Shown here in pieces: positions 46,001 through 58,989 of a DNA stretch of 64,000 nt. This stretch comes from Vicugna vicugna (Eukaryota): contig MU058337.1 in assembly GCA_013265495.1 (NCBI GenBank), positions 1,480,777 through 1,544,776 of the forward strand. Reading direction: 5' to 3'. The stretch's first letter is position 1. Each line of letters starts with the position of its first letter. A program made the position numbers and the translations under genes. A model generated the notes under the pieces. That model did not search any database and was not told where the DNA came from. It saw only the letters and a program-made list of their open reading frames with translations.

Positions 46001-48805
46001 GTGCACCCTGCCCCCCGCCTTAGCGCTCAGATTGAGAACACTTTCATGGCCCCATATTGTACAGCCTACTTTTTAGGCCTCTTTTCTTTGCCTTGAGTAA
46101 ATCAGTTTCATGTTGCAGATGATCTTTGCTTTAGGAAAGTGTGAAAGAAGGGGCCCCTGCGAAAACGGGCAGCTGTTCCAGCGCCCTTACATGCCAGCAT
46201 CAAAGCAGAAAATGTCAATTAAAGCCTCCAATTACTACCTTATTTCTTGGAGGTTTAAAGCCACCGAGACGATAGCAATGTCCTGGCTTGAAGTTTTAAG
46301 GTAATTATTTGTTAGTCCAAGCGTGGTGTCTGGTAACCTACTTCCGTGTAAGCCTGACACCCTGTAGCTGCACCCATCTCTCTCTGGTTTCAGAGGAAGT
46401 TTGTGCAGAAACTTGTTCTCATGTTAAAGTGCAAAAGGGGGCAGTAAAGTGCTGTCCACAAAAAAGGGAAAATTTTCCCCCAAGTCTTTCTCATGGTAGA
46501 TATTGCCTGAGTCTTCCCTGGGCTCTGCTTTGATTCGTTGATCACAGAGTCTTTGGTGGGGGCACGTGGAGATGATCTCGTTAAGCCACAGCAGCAGCCC
46601 AGCGTTAGACAGAAGTAAGGCCAGGCTGACCCTCCTGCCTGTTTATGGAATGGGCCAGCAAATTCACACACTCATGAATTCAAGTCATTTTTCTGGGGGA
46701 TTTATATGCCCAAGTGCACAGAGCATTTCGGAAAGGAATCCTGGGCTTTGGTGTGAAAGCTGTTTTTGCTCCACGTAGATCTGGAAGGCCCTGAGTGCGT
46801 GGGGAGGTTACAGGTCAGGGGTTGGGACGCATCGCTTGCAGTGAGCATCTTTGTCCAGAGGGGCCTAGGGAGATGAACCACTTACAGCAAAGCTGCAGCC
46901 GGCTTGTCCTCACTCAGAATTTCAGCTGAACCTACTTACAAACTGTTCTTCTTCCTTCAGCCTTTGACATTTAATTAAAAATAAAAGCATTTTATGGGAA
47001 AAGTGCACATTCCCCAGAACGTGCTAAACTCAAAGTGGACTTCAGAACCCTGGCTAACCAGCAAACCTACCCTATGGTGCGATTTTTGGGGTGCCAACTG
47101 CTAGGGAAAACTCGTGCCCAGAGCTGGGATTCGGGGTCCCTGCAATGTTAACCAGCTCCCAGATCTGTGCAGTTTAGTGATTAAGCATAAACTGTATCCC
47201 ATATTTTTCATTTATTTGAATAAACTTGTGGTACTTTATTACAGCTTTTGTGGACTCAAGAATTGATGTGTTAAATAAGCCACAATTCAGAGAATAATGA
47301 TTTTATTTAGTTGGCATTCTAAGGAAATGCATCACCAAAAAGTTTAAAAGTCTACAGGCCTTAAGTATTTTGTTTTAAATCAGAGTCAGGAACAATGGCT
47401 CAAGAATATGACACAGTTTGTCTCTGAAACCGCCCCTTGAAACATAATTTTCCAGTCTGATCACAGAAGCATTTTATGTTTATTGCAGAAAATGCTGAAA
47501 AACACAGAAAGCTAAAAATCACCCCAAGTCCACCATCCAGTAGCCCAGAGCAGTCTCAGGAAAGGCCCCACGTTGGACCATCTGTGTGTGTGTTCTCTGT
47601 AACGTCGGCAAAATAAGCAGAGTGACACCCCGCACACTGTGTGGGTGTGGATGTCTTCAACTGAAAGTAGCCATTTACTTACAGTTACCATATACACTCC
47701 TGATGTAATTTTGAAATGAAAGGAAAAATAAAATCAGTTTTCCATGGAAGAGTCAAGTCTGCTCATTCAAACATGGAATCTTTTGCTTGGCAGTTTGCTC
47801 CAAAAATAGAGGGAGATCATCTGTAGGTCTCTTTCCCCCCAGTTTGTGCATCGACAGAGTTTGCATCAATCCTGTTACATGAGTAACACGGTCCCATTTC
47901 TCAGGTGGATGACACCTGCTGTAAGTGTGTAGGAAATACTAGCTATTTAAATAGATACTTAACTTGCATGTGCATAACTATACACAGACACAGCTCTGGA
48001 TCTGAGCTGACACTTTTTCAGTGAGAAGCACTGTGGTCACATCTGTCTGGAGGGGGTTTGCATGATCCAGTTATTTGGACCCAGAAACTGGTCACTCCTG
48101 CCTATCTCCTTTTATTCTGGTCTCTTTCATTTGGTGTCAGCTTGATATTCTTGCATTCAGCTACAACATACAAGATTTGCCCTGGTCTGGATGTAGTTTG
48201 GCATGCTCGTCCACCATTTACCTCCGGGGGGACCCAGGGCTTCTATTTCCTGTCTGCTTTCACAGACTGTAGCAGCATCGAGAGGCCATAGTGATTTGGC
48301 TGTTTTTCCAGGTTAACCTACATATTTCTGGCAACCTTGAAGCAAAGTGTGAGAAGAGATTGCATGTTTGTCCTGAGGGGCATGTGTTTTGTCCAGAAGT
48401 GGGAGGAGCAGAGAAGAGAAGCAGGGAAACTGGGGCATCTTTAGGGGGCTGGGGGTGCAACTCTGGTGTCACTACACAGCCCGCCCTGCGCATCTCAGCT
48501 CCTGGCTTCCTGGGGACCTCACTGCTCAATTGAGCCAGGCTCACAAGTCAGCCAACAGCCATTGCCTCCCGCGGATTGACCTGTGAGACCTGGGAAGGCA
48601 GTCCTGGCCACCAGAGGGGTCCAGACTTGAGATCACAATGTGTGATGTTCTGGTCTGTCAGAGAACACTGTGTGTCGTGCCCCTGAACTCTTGACTGGCA
48701 GGTTCATGTTTTAAATGCATTCTGCTTGTTTTTTAAACAAGCATGGGTTCCTAGTATGGATTAAAACTCTGAAGAATATTGTTTCACATAATGGCTGTGT
48801 CATTT

Positions 48806-48946
48806 GGTGGTGGGGGGGAGGAGAGATAATTAGGTTTATTTATTTATTCACTCATTATCACTTTTTTAATGAAGGTATTGGGGATTGAACCCCTGACCTT
48901 GTGCATGCTAAGCATGCTCTCTACCACTGAGCTATCCCCTCCCACC
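48806..48946 (-). mobile_element. tRNA-derived SINE (Vic-1-like) with target-site duplication
   Basis: taattaggtttatttattta...ggggattgaaccc...gcatgctaagcatgctctctaccactgagctatcccctccc; TSD atggctgtgtcattt (48791-48805) / atggctgcattattt (48947-48961). Confidence 0.92.
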
Positions 48947-51068
48947 ATGGCTGCATTATTTTAAAATCTTCTCCAGTAATGAGTATGAAGTTGAAATATC
49001 TAATTGAGAGTATTAGAGATCTAATTTAGATTATCACATATTAATGCTTAATTTCGGTTGTTAGAGTGACTTGAAGTACTCCCCATGGAAGTGTCAGAGT
49101 CCGGTCTGGTGAATAACTTTTAAGAATTTGGGTTAAGTTTGATAGATAATCAGAATATAAAAAACAAGTTCTAGTATCATTTCATTTCAGGCAGGGAACC
49201 TTTGGAAACCCTACTCAGAGTTTCCATTTCACTCCACATTATATTGTCTCTGTATCTGACCCAGCGTCATCGCATCTTATTGTCTTGCTTGGGGATGATT
49301 CATTGGGAAAAACCATGGGAGTTGCCTCTTTCTGCCCAGCACACGCGGCTCCAGTGGGCACCCCGAGGAAGCCCTCCCGTGAGAGATGCAAGCCACAGCA
49401 CCGATGCCCAGGAAGCAGTCCTGACCCCGAGCTCTCCTGACGGGGAGGAGGATGTGGCCTCCCTCCTGCCGGAGGGCAGCGGGGCCCGGAGGGGATCTGG
49501 CCCTCTGAGTCCTCTCTCCTACACAGAACAGGAGACACTGTGAGTCTTCTTTGTGTTCTGTTTTGAAATAAAAACCAGCAGATGTTAGTAAATAAGAGCT
49601 CTAACCACTTTCTTTTTGGATATAGTTTAACAAAAACAGCCTTCCCTCTGTGGTGTGAATTACAAACATGGGGATTTTCCTCTGTGCGTCTTTGGCTGCA
49701 AAGTGGACGTCGTCTCGTCACCCAAAAAAGAAATCTGCATTTGATATTCACTGTGCAGAGTCAGGGTAGTCATTTAAAATTAGCTAGTTGTCACCACCAT
49801 AATTATTCTTAAAAAAAAAATAAATTCCAAAGTCAACAATAGGACACATACATTATTGACTGTTACCGAACTTTCAAGGCATAGATGTGCTGTGTGGTCT
49901 GACTTGTAAAGATCTGTGAGCAATCATGAGGTAACAGAATTCACGTAAAAGTGACCTGGCTTCAGAAATTGAACTCTGTGGTCACTGATTTGATTTTAAC
50001 CTCTCAGACATACTGTTTTCCATTCGAAAATGATATTGTTAAGAAATTCATCCCGTTTTCTTTTCGCATACATTCTGCGGTTCTCATAAATTGTCTAGAG
50101 TCCATCTGTAATATCATATTTAAAACACAAGCCCATGTGTGGTCAGTCTCTCCCTCACCCTGTGGTTCCTGGCCTCCTAGGGCACCGCAGGCGTACCAGA
50201 TGGCCGCCCTTGTGATGCTCTCATGCCTGTGTGTGGATTGACTTTCTTTCTCTTGATTTGCCTCAACTTCATGGCTTATCTCTGAAGAGCTCAATTTAGG
50301 AAGAGATGCATTTCCCCAAACCAGATTTATGCTGTAATGTGATGCAGTGAGAACTGGGAAGTGTGCAGGGAAAGGGGCTTTTCCTGTCGCAACTTGGGTT
50401 TGGCACAGTGCGTCTTCATCTGTTTTGCGTGTTACGTTCGTGTGCGGTGACAGAACAAGACCGTGTGGTGGAAGGTGCTTTGATCAGTGCTTAGCAAAGA
50501 GTAAGTTCTTGAAAGCAGCGGTGCTTCTGGTGTTAGAGCTTCTAGGGGTGGTACATGGCCTTGCATTTTAACTAGGGATGGCAGAAAACCGCTGACACTC
50601 ATAAATCCAGAGAAAACGGGTCCAAAACCCCATCTGCACCGCTCCCTGCTGTCCGGAAGTGCCATGGTGCTGGGGACAGGCCACTCCGCTCTCGGCACAC
50701 CCCTGTCCCCACTCCGGGTCGTCCTGACTTCAGAATTCCCTCCATGCCTCTGATCTGCAAATTAGTTTGTGGCACTTAATTTGACTTAAATTTATGTGTG
50801 TGTCTCAGCTGCCATTTGTCCTTTCATGTTTTTTCCAAAGAACACATTATTCATCGAGCATCTACCAGATGCCAGCCCTTGGGCACTCGGTGTTGAATCA
50901 ACCACGCATGGGACCCGCCTGCCCTCAGGAAGCTAGACTGTAGCTCTGGCGATCAGAGTCCTCTGCTCGTCTGTCACTCAGAGCGTCTGGCACGAACGCG
51001 GCTGCCTTAGTTGTTACGCTCACGGTAATTACTCTCTTTGCTCCCATGTTGCCTTAGAAACTGTAAAG

Positions 51069-51463
51069 GCACGTGGATGGGCCTGGAGGCCATGAGGCTT
51101 TGTGAAATAAGTCAAGAGAAAGACAAATACTGTATGTTATCGCTTATATGTGGAATCTGAAAAATCAACAAACTAGTGAATATGACAAGGAAAAAACAGG
51201 CTCACAGATGTAGAGAACAAACGACTGGTTCCCGGTGGGGAGAGGGGAGGGGGAGGGGCCACATAGGGACAGGGGATTAAGAGGGACAAACCTCTATGTA
51301 GGAAATAAATACGCTGCGAGGGTGTATTGTCCAGCACAGGGAATACAGCCAGAATTTTATAATAACTATAAATGGAGTAGAACTGTAAAATTTTGCATCA
51401 CTATGTTGTACACCTGAAACTAATATTATATTGTAGATCAACTACAGCTCAATTAAAAAAAAA
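51069..51463 (+). mobile_element. 5'-truncated LINE-1 (ORF2 end, 3' UTR, poly(A))
   Basis: gtgaaataagtca...gaaagacaaatactgtatgttatcgcttatatgtggaatct...tgttgtacacctgaaactaata...aattaaaaaaaaaa; possible TSD aaactgtaaag (51058-51068) / aaactgtggag (51462-51472). Confidence 0.88.
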
Positions 51464-54400
51464 ACTGTGGAGTCTCCTGAGAGGCAAAGGGACTTCTGGG
51501 TTCGATGCACCTAGTTGTAACGTCTGTGGGAAACCCGTGATTTGGGCTCTCGGCTCAGCCTCAACCTTTGTCTCCAGAGAAACCATAATCTCATCAATTA
51601 AAGAGACTGCTGTGCTAACCGGTCTGTGTAGCTATGTGCCCATGTATGCTTAAAAAGTAAACCTCTAAAGCACTCAAGTACTGGGTCCTTTTGTATGGAT
51701 TTAAATAAAGAAGCAGCAGTGTGTGTGTGTTTGTTTAGGAACTCTTGAAACCATTTTTCAGAGTAAAGGATCAAATCCTTGCCTTACTCTTTGCCGCAGT
51801 GTATTCTGAAAAGTGAACTGATGCTTTTGGAAGCATTAGGAATAGTGGGTTTTGTCAGAATTTACTCTTCAAGGGCATATCAAACGTGCTTGTTGAAATT
51901 AGCGATTCCGCCCCTTCCCTTTCATTCTGATAAGACATCCCTTGGGTTAGTCTCTCCCCATACGTGGCTCCCACATCACCGACCAGTAAAGCTTTTTATG
52001 TGGTTTGTACCTTCGGAAAATATGGTCTGAACCATGGAGAGCCTTCTAGCCAAACCAGCCCATGTGCCCAATGGTCTTCACTTCACCCCATCAGCACCAG
52101 CAAAAACTAGAACTTGGATTTGGTGAGTGAAGAGGGAGTCACGAGGAGGCTCTTTCTTGGGCAGGGAGGAAATCCACAGAGAGTCTTGGTGAAGCAGGAA
52201 AGAATAATCTTCATGAAGGAAACAGGATCTTGGTAGCATTTTGAATGAAGAAGGAGCTGGGTGAGCCAGACTTGAGACGTAGGTGTGATGTGGGAGAGTT
52301 CTGAGATGTGCAGAGATGATCTGCAGCTTGGGGGCGGGGGGAGGCCTGATGTATTTTCTTAAAGGAATTGAACGGATGGACAGGAAGATGAGTCCATCTG
52401 TCTGCTGAGGGTCCGGATGTCTGAAGCCTGGGCAGACCCTTGGGGAAGGTGGTCCGTGGCCAGAGTCGCTCAGGGTGAAGATCAGAGCTGAGAGGAGGCA
52501 GGTACCAGTGCCCGGCTGCAGACTTCAGTTGTGATTTAGGAATCCTTTTAACAGTGGCTAATGCGGGGCACTCACTCTGTGCCAGCTACTAAAGGAGCAG
52601 GTTTAGAATAGAAAATGTTTGGAGTGGAGTGGGGAACCCCGGGCAGGAGTTGGTCTCTGGTTCTGGGATGCAATGAAGATTTCTTAAGATGGAGGAGTAA
52701 GAGATGAGAAAAAGGATGTGTCAGGAAGGTGAGCGATGTGGTACCCTCACTGCCGGGCTTCTTGCCCCCACTTCTCAACCACATCAGAATCACCGTGGGG
52801 CACAGGGGTAAAGACTGAAGGGCCTCATCCACAAATACTCGGACTGAGTCCTTCAGTCTGTCCACCGGAAGCCGGAGCAGTGTTTCATCCACAGAGAGCG
52901 TGGACTCGAGAGACTACACTGGGCCTCGGGACGTGGGGGACAGCCCTGGGCTGGAGCTGAACTTTCAAAGCACTTCCCCAGAAGACTGTAGAAATGGCCA
53001 AGAAGGTCACAGAGAGGTTCTTGCTCAGTGGTGAGCTACATTGACCAACAGTTCCAGAGAGTTCTACGAGGGTGCACACATGACTGTATGAAATTTGTCA
53101 TAGTAATAAAAAATATTTATTTTGAATTCTGCTTCACAGTATTTGGTTAGGTGATTCTCTTCCACTTATTTCTTTTCTCCACCCCTCCCCTCTTTTTTAA
53201 AAATAAATGTCATATGTCCTTGCTTTTTAGCAAGCTCAGTTAAAAAAAACAAAAAAGAGGAAAGAAAGGGGGACCACCCTCCCTCTGGGATTTTGAAAGA
53301 CCACGTTTCCAGGGAAGAGTGACGAGCCACTGTCTGCAACGTGCATTTTTTTCCTGCCCTAAAAAGTACTGGGTTTTGATATAAACCTATAACGTAGTTT
53401 CTGTTGTGTTCTGTGATATTTCATAACCAACCTCATGCACTGTTCAGAAAATTCATACCATTCATTAGCATAAGTCATCATCTGTTCCCTCAGTATCGAT
53501 TTGAAATTGGGGGTGCCTCACCGTCCTGTTTTTTCTCTCTCAGTGAATTATCATCCATTAATCGTCGTGGCCGGTGGGCGTCCCTTGGTTAAACAGAAGG
53601 TTGGATTGGAAGGGTTCCGACGTGATGCTTTGTTCTCGGGCTTTAATATTTTAATGAGCCTGCAGGCTTGGCTGCTTCCGAAGGAAAGAACAAGATGCGA
53701 TTTCTAAGTGTGTTTTTAGTGTTAGCACTTGTAGAAGGATGTTCATTAGGAAGCTCTTGTTTCAGTTCCTCAGAGAAGCTCCCCATTAAGAAAGATCTTT
53801 CAGCAGCGTGGCTCGGAAGAAAGAGAGGGGTGGAGGGAGGCATTAAGCTGTAAGCATCAGGGGGGTAGTGTATCCGTAGTTTTAGTTGTAAAGATTTGCT
53901 TCTACGAATTAATTGGAGAAAATACATCTCAAGGGAGGGGGAAGAAAAGGTTTGTGGGGCAAGGACAGTGGTTGCTGTCCTCCTGAGTCAGGGACTTTTC
54001 ATCTTGCAGCTGAATCAATACCTCAGCTAATTATTTCTGGTTATCTTTTATGGGTTTGTAAGACGCTTCTTTTGTTCAGTGTAATAAAAAACCCATTGTT
54101 TGATCAGTGACTGACTAATTATGATAAGTAATTTGAAACATTCTTGATGAAACTTGTCTGTTAATTAGCATCAGCAGCAAATGGAAACTAACAGGACAAC
54201 AAAGAATCAGTGCATCCACTGTTCCCGGAGCTGAGGCCGTCCTTCTGTGGCATGCCCAGTAAACCCAGGCTGCCAACGGTTAAAAAATAACAAACAGGTG
54301 GGAAGGCGGACTCCCCTCCAAGGAGAAGTTACTGTGTGAAGTTACACAAAGGAGAACTGAAGTATTACAAGCGAGGGGGTGGTGAACTGTCAGCAAGTTG

Positions 54401-54650
54401 ACTGATCCTACTGGATGGAGTAAGGAGAGTGGTTTCTTTCTCCCTCTCTTGCTTTTTTTTTTTTCCTCTAAAGCATAATTCCTAAATTCTTTCACCCCAT
54501 GCCGATCTGAACTAAGTTACTTTTGATAAATAAAAGTGTGGGTCTATAAAACTGTAGGTTGAAATTATTGATGTTGTCTGGCTGTACTGTCATTATCATG
54601 AATACTGTTCATTTTTATCAACTCAATGGTGTTTTTTTTTATACTTTTAG

Positions 54651-54934
54651 ATTTCTACCTGGACAAGGACTGGTACTGTATCCACAGATAGGAGACAAAT
54701 TGGATATTATTTGCCCCAAAGTGGACTCTAAAACTGTTGGCCAGTATGAATATTATAAAGTTTATATGGTTGATAAAGACCAAGCAGACAGATGTACTAT
54801 TAAGAAAGAAAACACCCCTCTCCTCAACTGTGCCAGACCCGACCAGGATGTGAAATTCACCATCAAGTTCCAAGAATTCAGCCCTAACCTCTGGGGTCTA
54901 GAATTTCAGAAGAACAGAGATTATTACATTATAT
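54651..54934 (+). CDS. EFNB2: Ephrin-B2 coding exon 2 (receptor-binding domain); gene continues past the window
   Basis: Acceptor tttttatacttttag|A completes Lys AA|A; FLPGQGLVLYPQIGDKLDIICPKVD...KFQEFSPNLWGLEFQKNRDYYII; donor T|gtaagt; 284 nt. No exon 3 found before 64000. Confidence 0.98.
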
Positions 54935-55285
54935 GTAAGTATAATTCTATTCCTTTATTTTATAGACATAGAATAAGCTAAATAGGTTTGTATCAACTTT
55001 TGTTTCCTTAAAGTTATTATTATGGCAAATAATTTGGTGGGAATCTTTGCTGAAAATTGTCCTTTTTTTTTTTTTTTAAAGAAACCTTAACTGAATGAGG
55101 GACCCGGTACTAATAGTACTCATTAATATAAATACGCAAAGAGAAGAAGCCTCCTAGAGTTTTTGGAGTATTGAAATAAGTGGATGTATATGAATATACT
55201 CAGCATTTTTACTGACAAAACCATTTTTAAGAACCATTGGTCAGATTTTGATAGGTAAATCTTGTGTGATGACTTCTCTCTCCAC

Positions 55286-55342
55286 TCATTCATCCATCCA
55301 TCCATCCATCCATCCATCCATCCATCCATCCATTCATTCATT
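55286..55342. repeat. (TCCA)n tetranucleotide microsatellite
   Basis: About 10 perfect CATC/TCCA units flanked by TTCA units. Confidence 0.95.
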
Positions 55343-55435
55343 TAGTATTTACTCTGTGCCAGAAACTGTGCATAAGTGCTAGGGATTCAACAGTGAACAA
55401 GATGGTAAAATGGTACCCAGTCCTCATGGAGCTCG
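55332..55435 (-). mobile_element. LINE-2 3' end fragment
   Basis: attcattcatttagtatttactctgtgccagaaactgtgcataagtgctagggattcaacagtgaacaaga...cctcatggagct. Confidence 0.75.
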
Positions 55436-58400
55436 TAGGTTGGAAGGTTGAGGGTTACTGCCAAACACAGCTGTCCGTGGGCATATTAAAACCAGATTTA
55501 GAAGAATAAGAGAAAATTTGAGTTTGTTCAATGAATTACTTTCTCTTCTATCTAAATAATCATTTGACACGTTGTTTTAGGAACAGATACCATGTATCCT
55601 TCAGGTCATATCTGAGCTAGTGTCCACACCCGAGGCTGTGAAACCAGACTGTGCCTGTGCCTGTTAGGTGCAGGCCACGTGCTGGCACGGAGCTAGGACT
55701 GTTCCAGGCCCAGGGTTTGTCAGAGTGCAGTCTGGGTGACTGAAATCGCTGTTGCCGTCACCGAAGCAATGAAAGAGTTTTTCTCTGTTTCTGGGATTGG
55801 CGTCTCCACTCCCTGGTCCCGACGGGCTCCAGGTCGTCGTCGGAGGTGCTGAGCCGCTGTCCGCTGGGCGTGCTCTGCTGTCTCTGGTGATCAGATTGAA
55901 ACTCTGGCTTTCTGCACCTCCTCGCTGCTCTGAAGAGTACACAATCAATAATTCATTGAATACTTACTAAGTACTCAATAATATACTATTTTCTATTTTT
56001 CCCTCCATTCATTAGTAATTAAAACAAAGATAGTCATAGCTGTGTCATTCCTGTCCTTTGCTGTGAATCTGAAATGCCACAGAGATTGCAAGCCTATTTT
56101 TAAGCCAGCTTGCTGCGTGGAAAGTGGCTTAGCAAGATAAGTAGCAAAGGAGAAGGGAAAGTGGTGAATTATAGATGTCAGAGAACAGTCATCATGCCAT
56201 GAAAATAAAAGCATTTTGAGGGAAGAGATAAGCAGGTGGGTGATAAAGTACACAAAATAAGAGGAATCTTTGAAAATGTAAAATAGTTATTAGGTAAAAT
56301 AAATGAAAACCTTAAGCTTTTGGAAGCATAACAGTGTATTCAAAAAAAAAAAAAAGGAAAGACTTTTTAAAGTAAGACTGCTTACCAGGGTGCTAACGTG
56401 TAGCACACCATTTATAGGGCACTGAACCCAATGCTGAATTCATTACAGAGGCCAAGGCCCCTGGGTAGGGTGGGAGAAGGAACATGGGGGTCCCTGGAGA
56501 GCAGGTACCCTGGGCATTAGAGGTTCCTCCGTGTTAAGTGTTTGTCAGCAGCACAGTGCCTGGAGCCCAGCCTTCCACCTGGCTCTTCGTGGAAATAAGC
56601 CAACAGACCCAGGGTCTCTCCTCTTCCCTTAGTTTATGACTTCATAAAGATGGCTTTGTTGAGCCCAAGTTTCCACTGGGCGCAAGTTGGATTTCAGCAA
56701 ACGTTGCGGGTTTAGTCTGAAACATACGCAAGCAGTGCAGGTAAACACGTGGTTAGTCAGCATCTCTGTGTTCAATGCAGTGAGCATTTAATAACGACTT
56801 GCTATCCACACACGACAGGTTTGTATTTAGAAGAGCAACTTAATTTATAATTATCGTCTGAATCCACACAATAATGGCATCGCTCATTTATCCTCCCCTC
56901 AAAACTCACTGTCGGGTTCAGGAGCAGGTGCCCTGGCACAAGGTGGTGAGCTACGCCGGCCTTTCGCACCCTCCTGGAGTTGTGGTTTAAAGGCAGGAGC
57001 ATGTGGTGGTCTGGGATGAAAGAAGCGCTCTTAAAAGTCGAGTTGAGGGTTTCCAGTTTGAATGCCGCTGGTTGACTGATTGTCACAGGCCAGGGAAAGG
57101 GCCCAGGGCCGAGGGGTCTGCCTGAAGCCCAGGAAGGCTCAGCAGAGAGCTGAAAGAGCCCTGCCGTGTCCCAGACATAGGAAGACACTTCAGACATTGG
57201 GAAAATGCAGGCACCAATTTCCCACCCACCCTATGGCAAAGCCAGTTGATGGACAGCTTTTCCTGCAGCGGAAAGGAAGGGTGAGAAGCACAAATTTCTA
57301 AAAGTTTAAAAGTTGATGTTGACTTTCCATCGCCTCTTCAGGAATCCCAGGGCTCCAGAACAATGAAGAGATTTTTGAAAGCCACCACTTTCCACATCAA
57401 ACAACCCCTCCCACGTGCACACAGAGTCACACCCTACTTAAAGCAGTAACTACCCCAGGTGGCGCCATGGAAAGTACCTGAATTCACATGTATGCGCGTC
57501 ACGCTTCGGACTGTCCCCTCCCTTGGAGAGAGAAAACGATACGGGTATCTTCGAGTTGCCACCATGTGTGTATTACATGTGTTTAACTCCAAATCCTCTT
57601 GTCTGGTTAGTAAGCACCTTCTTCATGCCTGAGAGTGTCAGCATGCACGGCCTCCTTGTCGTGGGCTGGCTTCTTCCCACAGGAAGGAAAAAGAGAAGCG
57701 ATAGTTTGAAGTAACCCCCCAGGGGAACAGTCCAAGTTACCTGGGGAGGAACTGGTGTTGGGTGAGTCCCTAGATGAACCGATTTCAGGAGCCACTGGGA
57801 CGAGAGCCGGAGACCCGGGTTCTAGTCCTGCTTCCTGAGGTTAATAAGAAGGTCACTTTATTTCTCTGAATTTTCATTTCGTCTCTAGAAGCTGCTTTTG
57901 TTGCTGCTCTTCTGGCTAGAGATGGAAGTCTTCAGTTCCACACCACTCTGTGGTTGGACACACTCAGCCAGGAGGGGGTCTCTTGTTAGCGGGGCTCTTC
58001 TGCAGCCGAATGAACGGGATCCACCGTGATTTGATCGGTAGTGTTACCAGGTGTGAAATACAGGCATCACCCTTGTAAGGTTTAGAAGTGAATACTGATT
58101 TTTCACTGGGAGTGTATTTTTGAGTCTGCTGAGTGTCCCCTGAACTCCCCTAGGAAGTGACCTGACAAAACGCTGCCCGTTCTCATTAGTTTCTCTCGTA
58201 GATGATGATTTGCTTTGACAAGTGGCAAGATGATATATGTGGGTTTCCTTAATGTTTAGAGTTGACTTTTTCAAGTGACCCGGTTCAGTAATTAGCCTTG
58301 GGTTTCATTTGCATAATAAAAGCTCCTAATCTTAAATGATCCAGAGGTGGGGGGTGTTCTGACCATTTGGTGTGTTTCTCATTACATTCAGATTCTTAAT

Positions 58401-58989
58401 TGCCTCAAAAACACAGTAAATATGTTATATACCCTACAGTTATTTTTATGTCTTTAATTTTTTTTAAGCTTATAAAAGAACTATCTGTTCTAAAGTTGCC
58501 CATTGTCCAGGGAGGCTCTGGCTTGGAAAAACACTCCAGTTGGTATAAGGAAAGCTTTCCTAACTGTGTTCTCAGCCTTCATCATATTTGTGTCAAAACC
58601 CTTTCCTGGAGATGCTTTCTGGTGCTTGGTTTCCAGTTCCTTTTCAGAAGTCTAACCGGGAACTGAATGAGTCAGCAGTTGGGGTGAGGATGGAGGCCCT
58701 TTGCAGTGTCCGCCCCAGCGAAGGTCATCTAGCCTCACATCAAACCTTGCAAAATACCTACAAAGAAGTTTTCATCACACGACCAAAATTATGTGAGTCA
58801 GCGACAGATGAAAATGGACGCCACTGTGTTGATACTTTATAAGCGAACAATGGCCTGGGCCCAGCTGTTGGACAGGACGTCATGCCCGGGGCACTTCCCG
58901 ACTTAGCTGTGTGTGGCTTTTACGTTATTTTACCTCAGATTCATAGCCAAGATGTGGACTTGTGGAACAGCCTAAAAGTCATTACTTCT

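Noticed and set aside
54559..54981. Single-exon 140-aa ORF
   Set aside because: This is EFNB2 exon 2 plus intronic flanks; canonical splice sites define 54651-54934.
55123..55341. ORF beginning [11 protein letters not shown]
   Set aside because: Translation of the (TGGA)n microsatellite.
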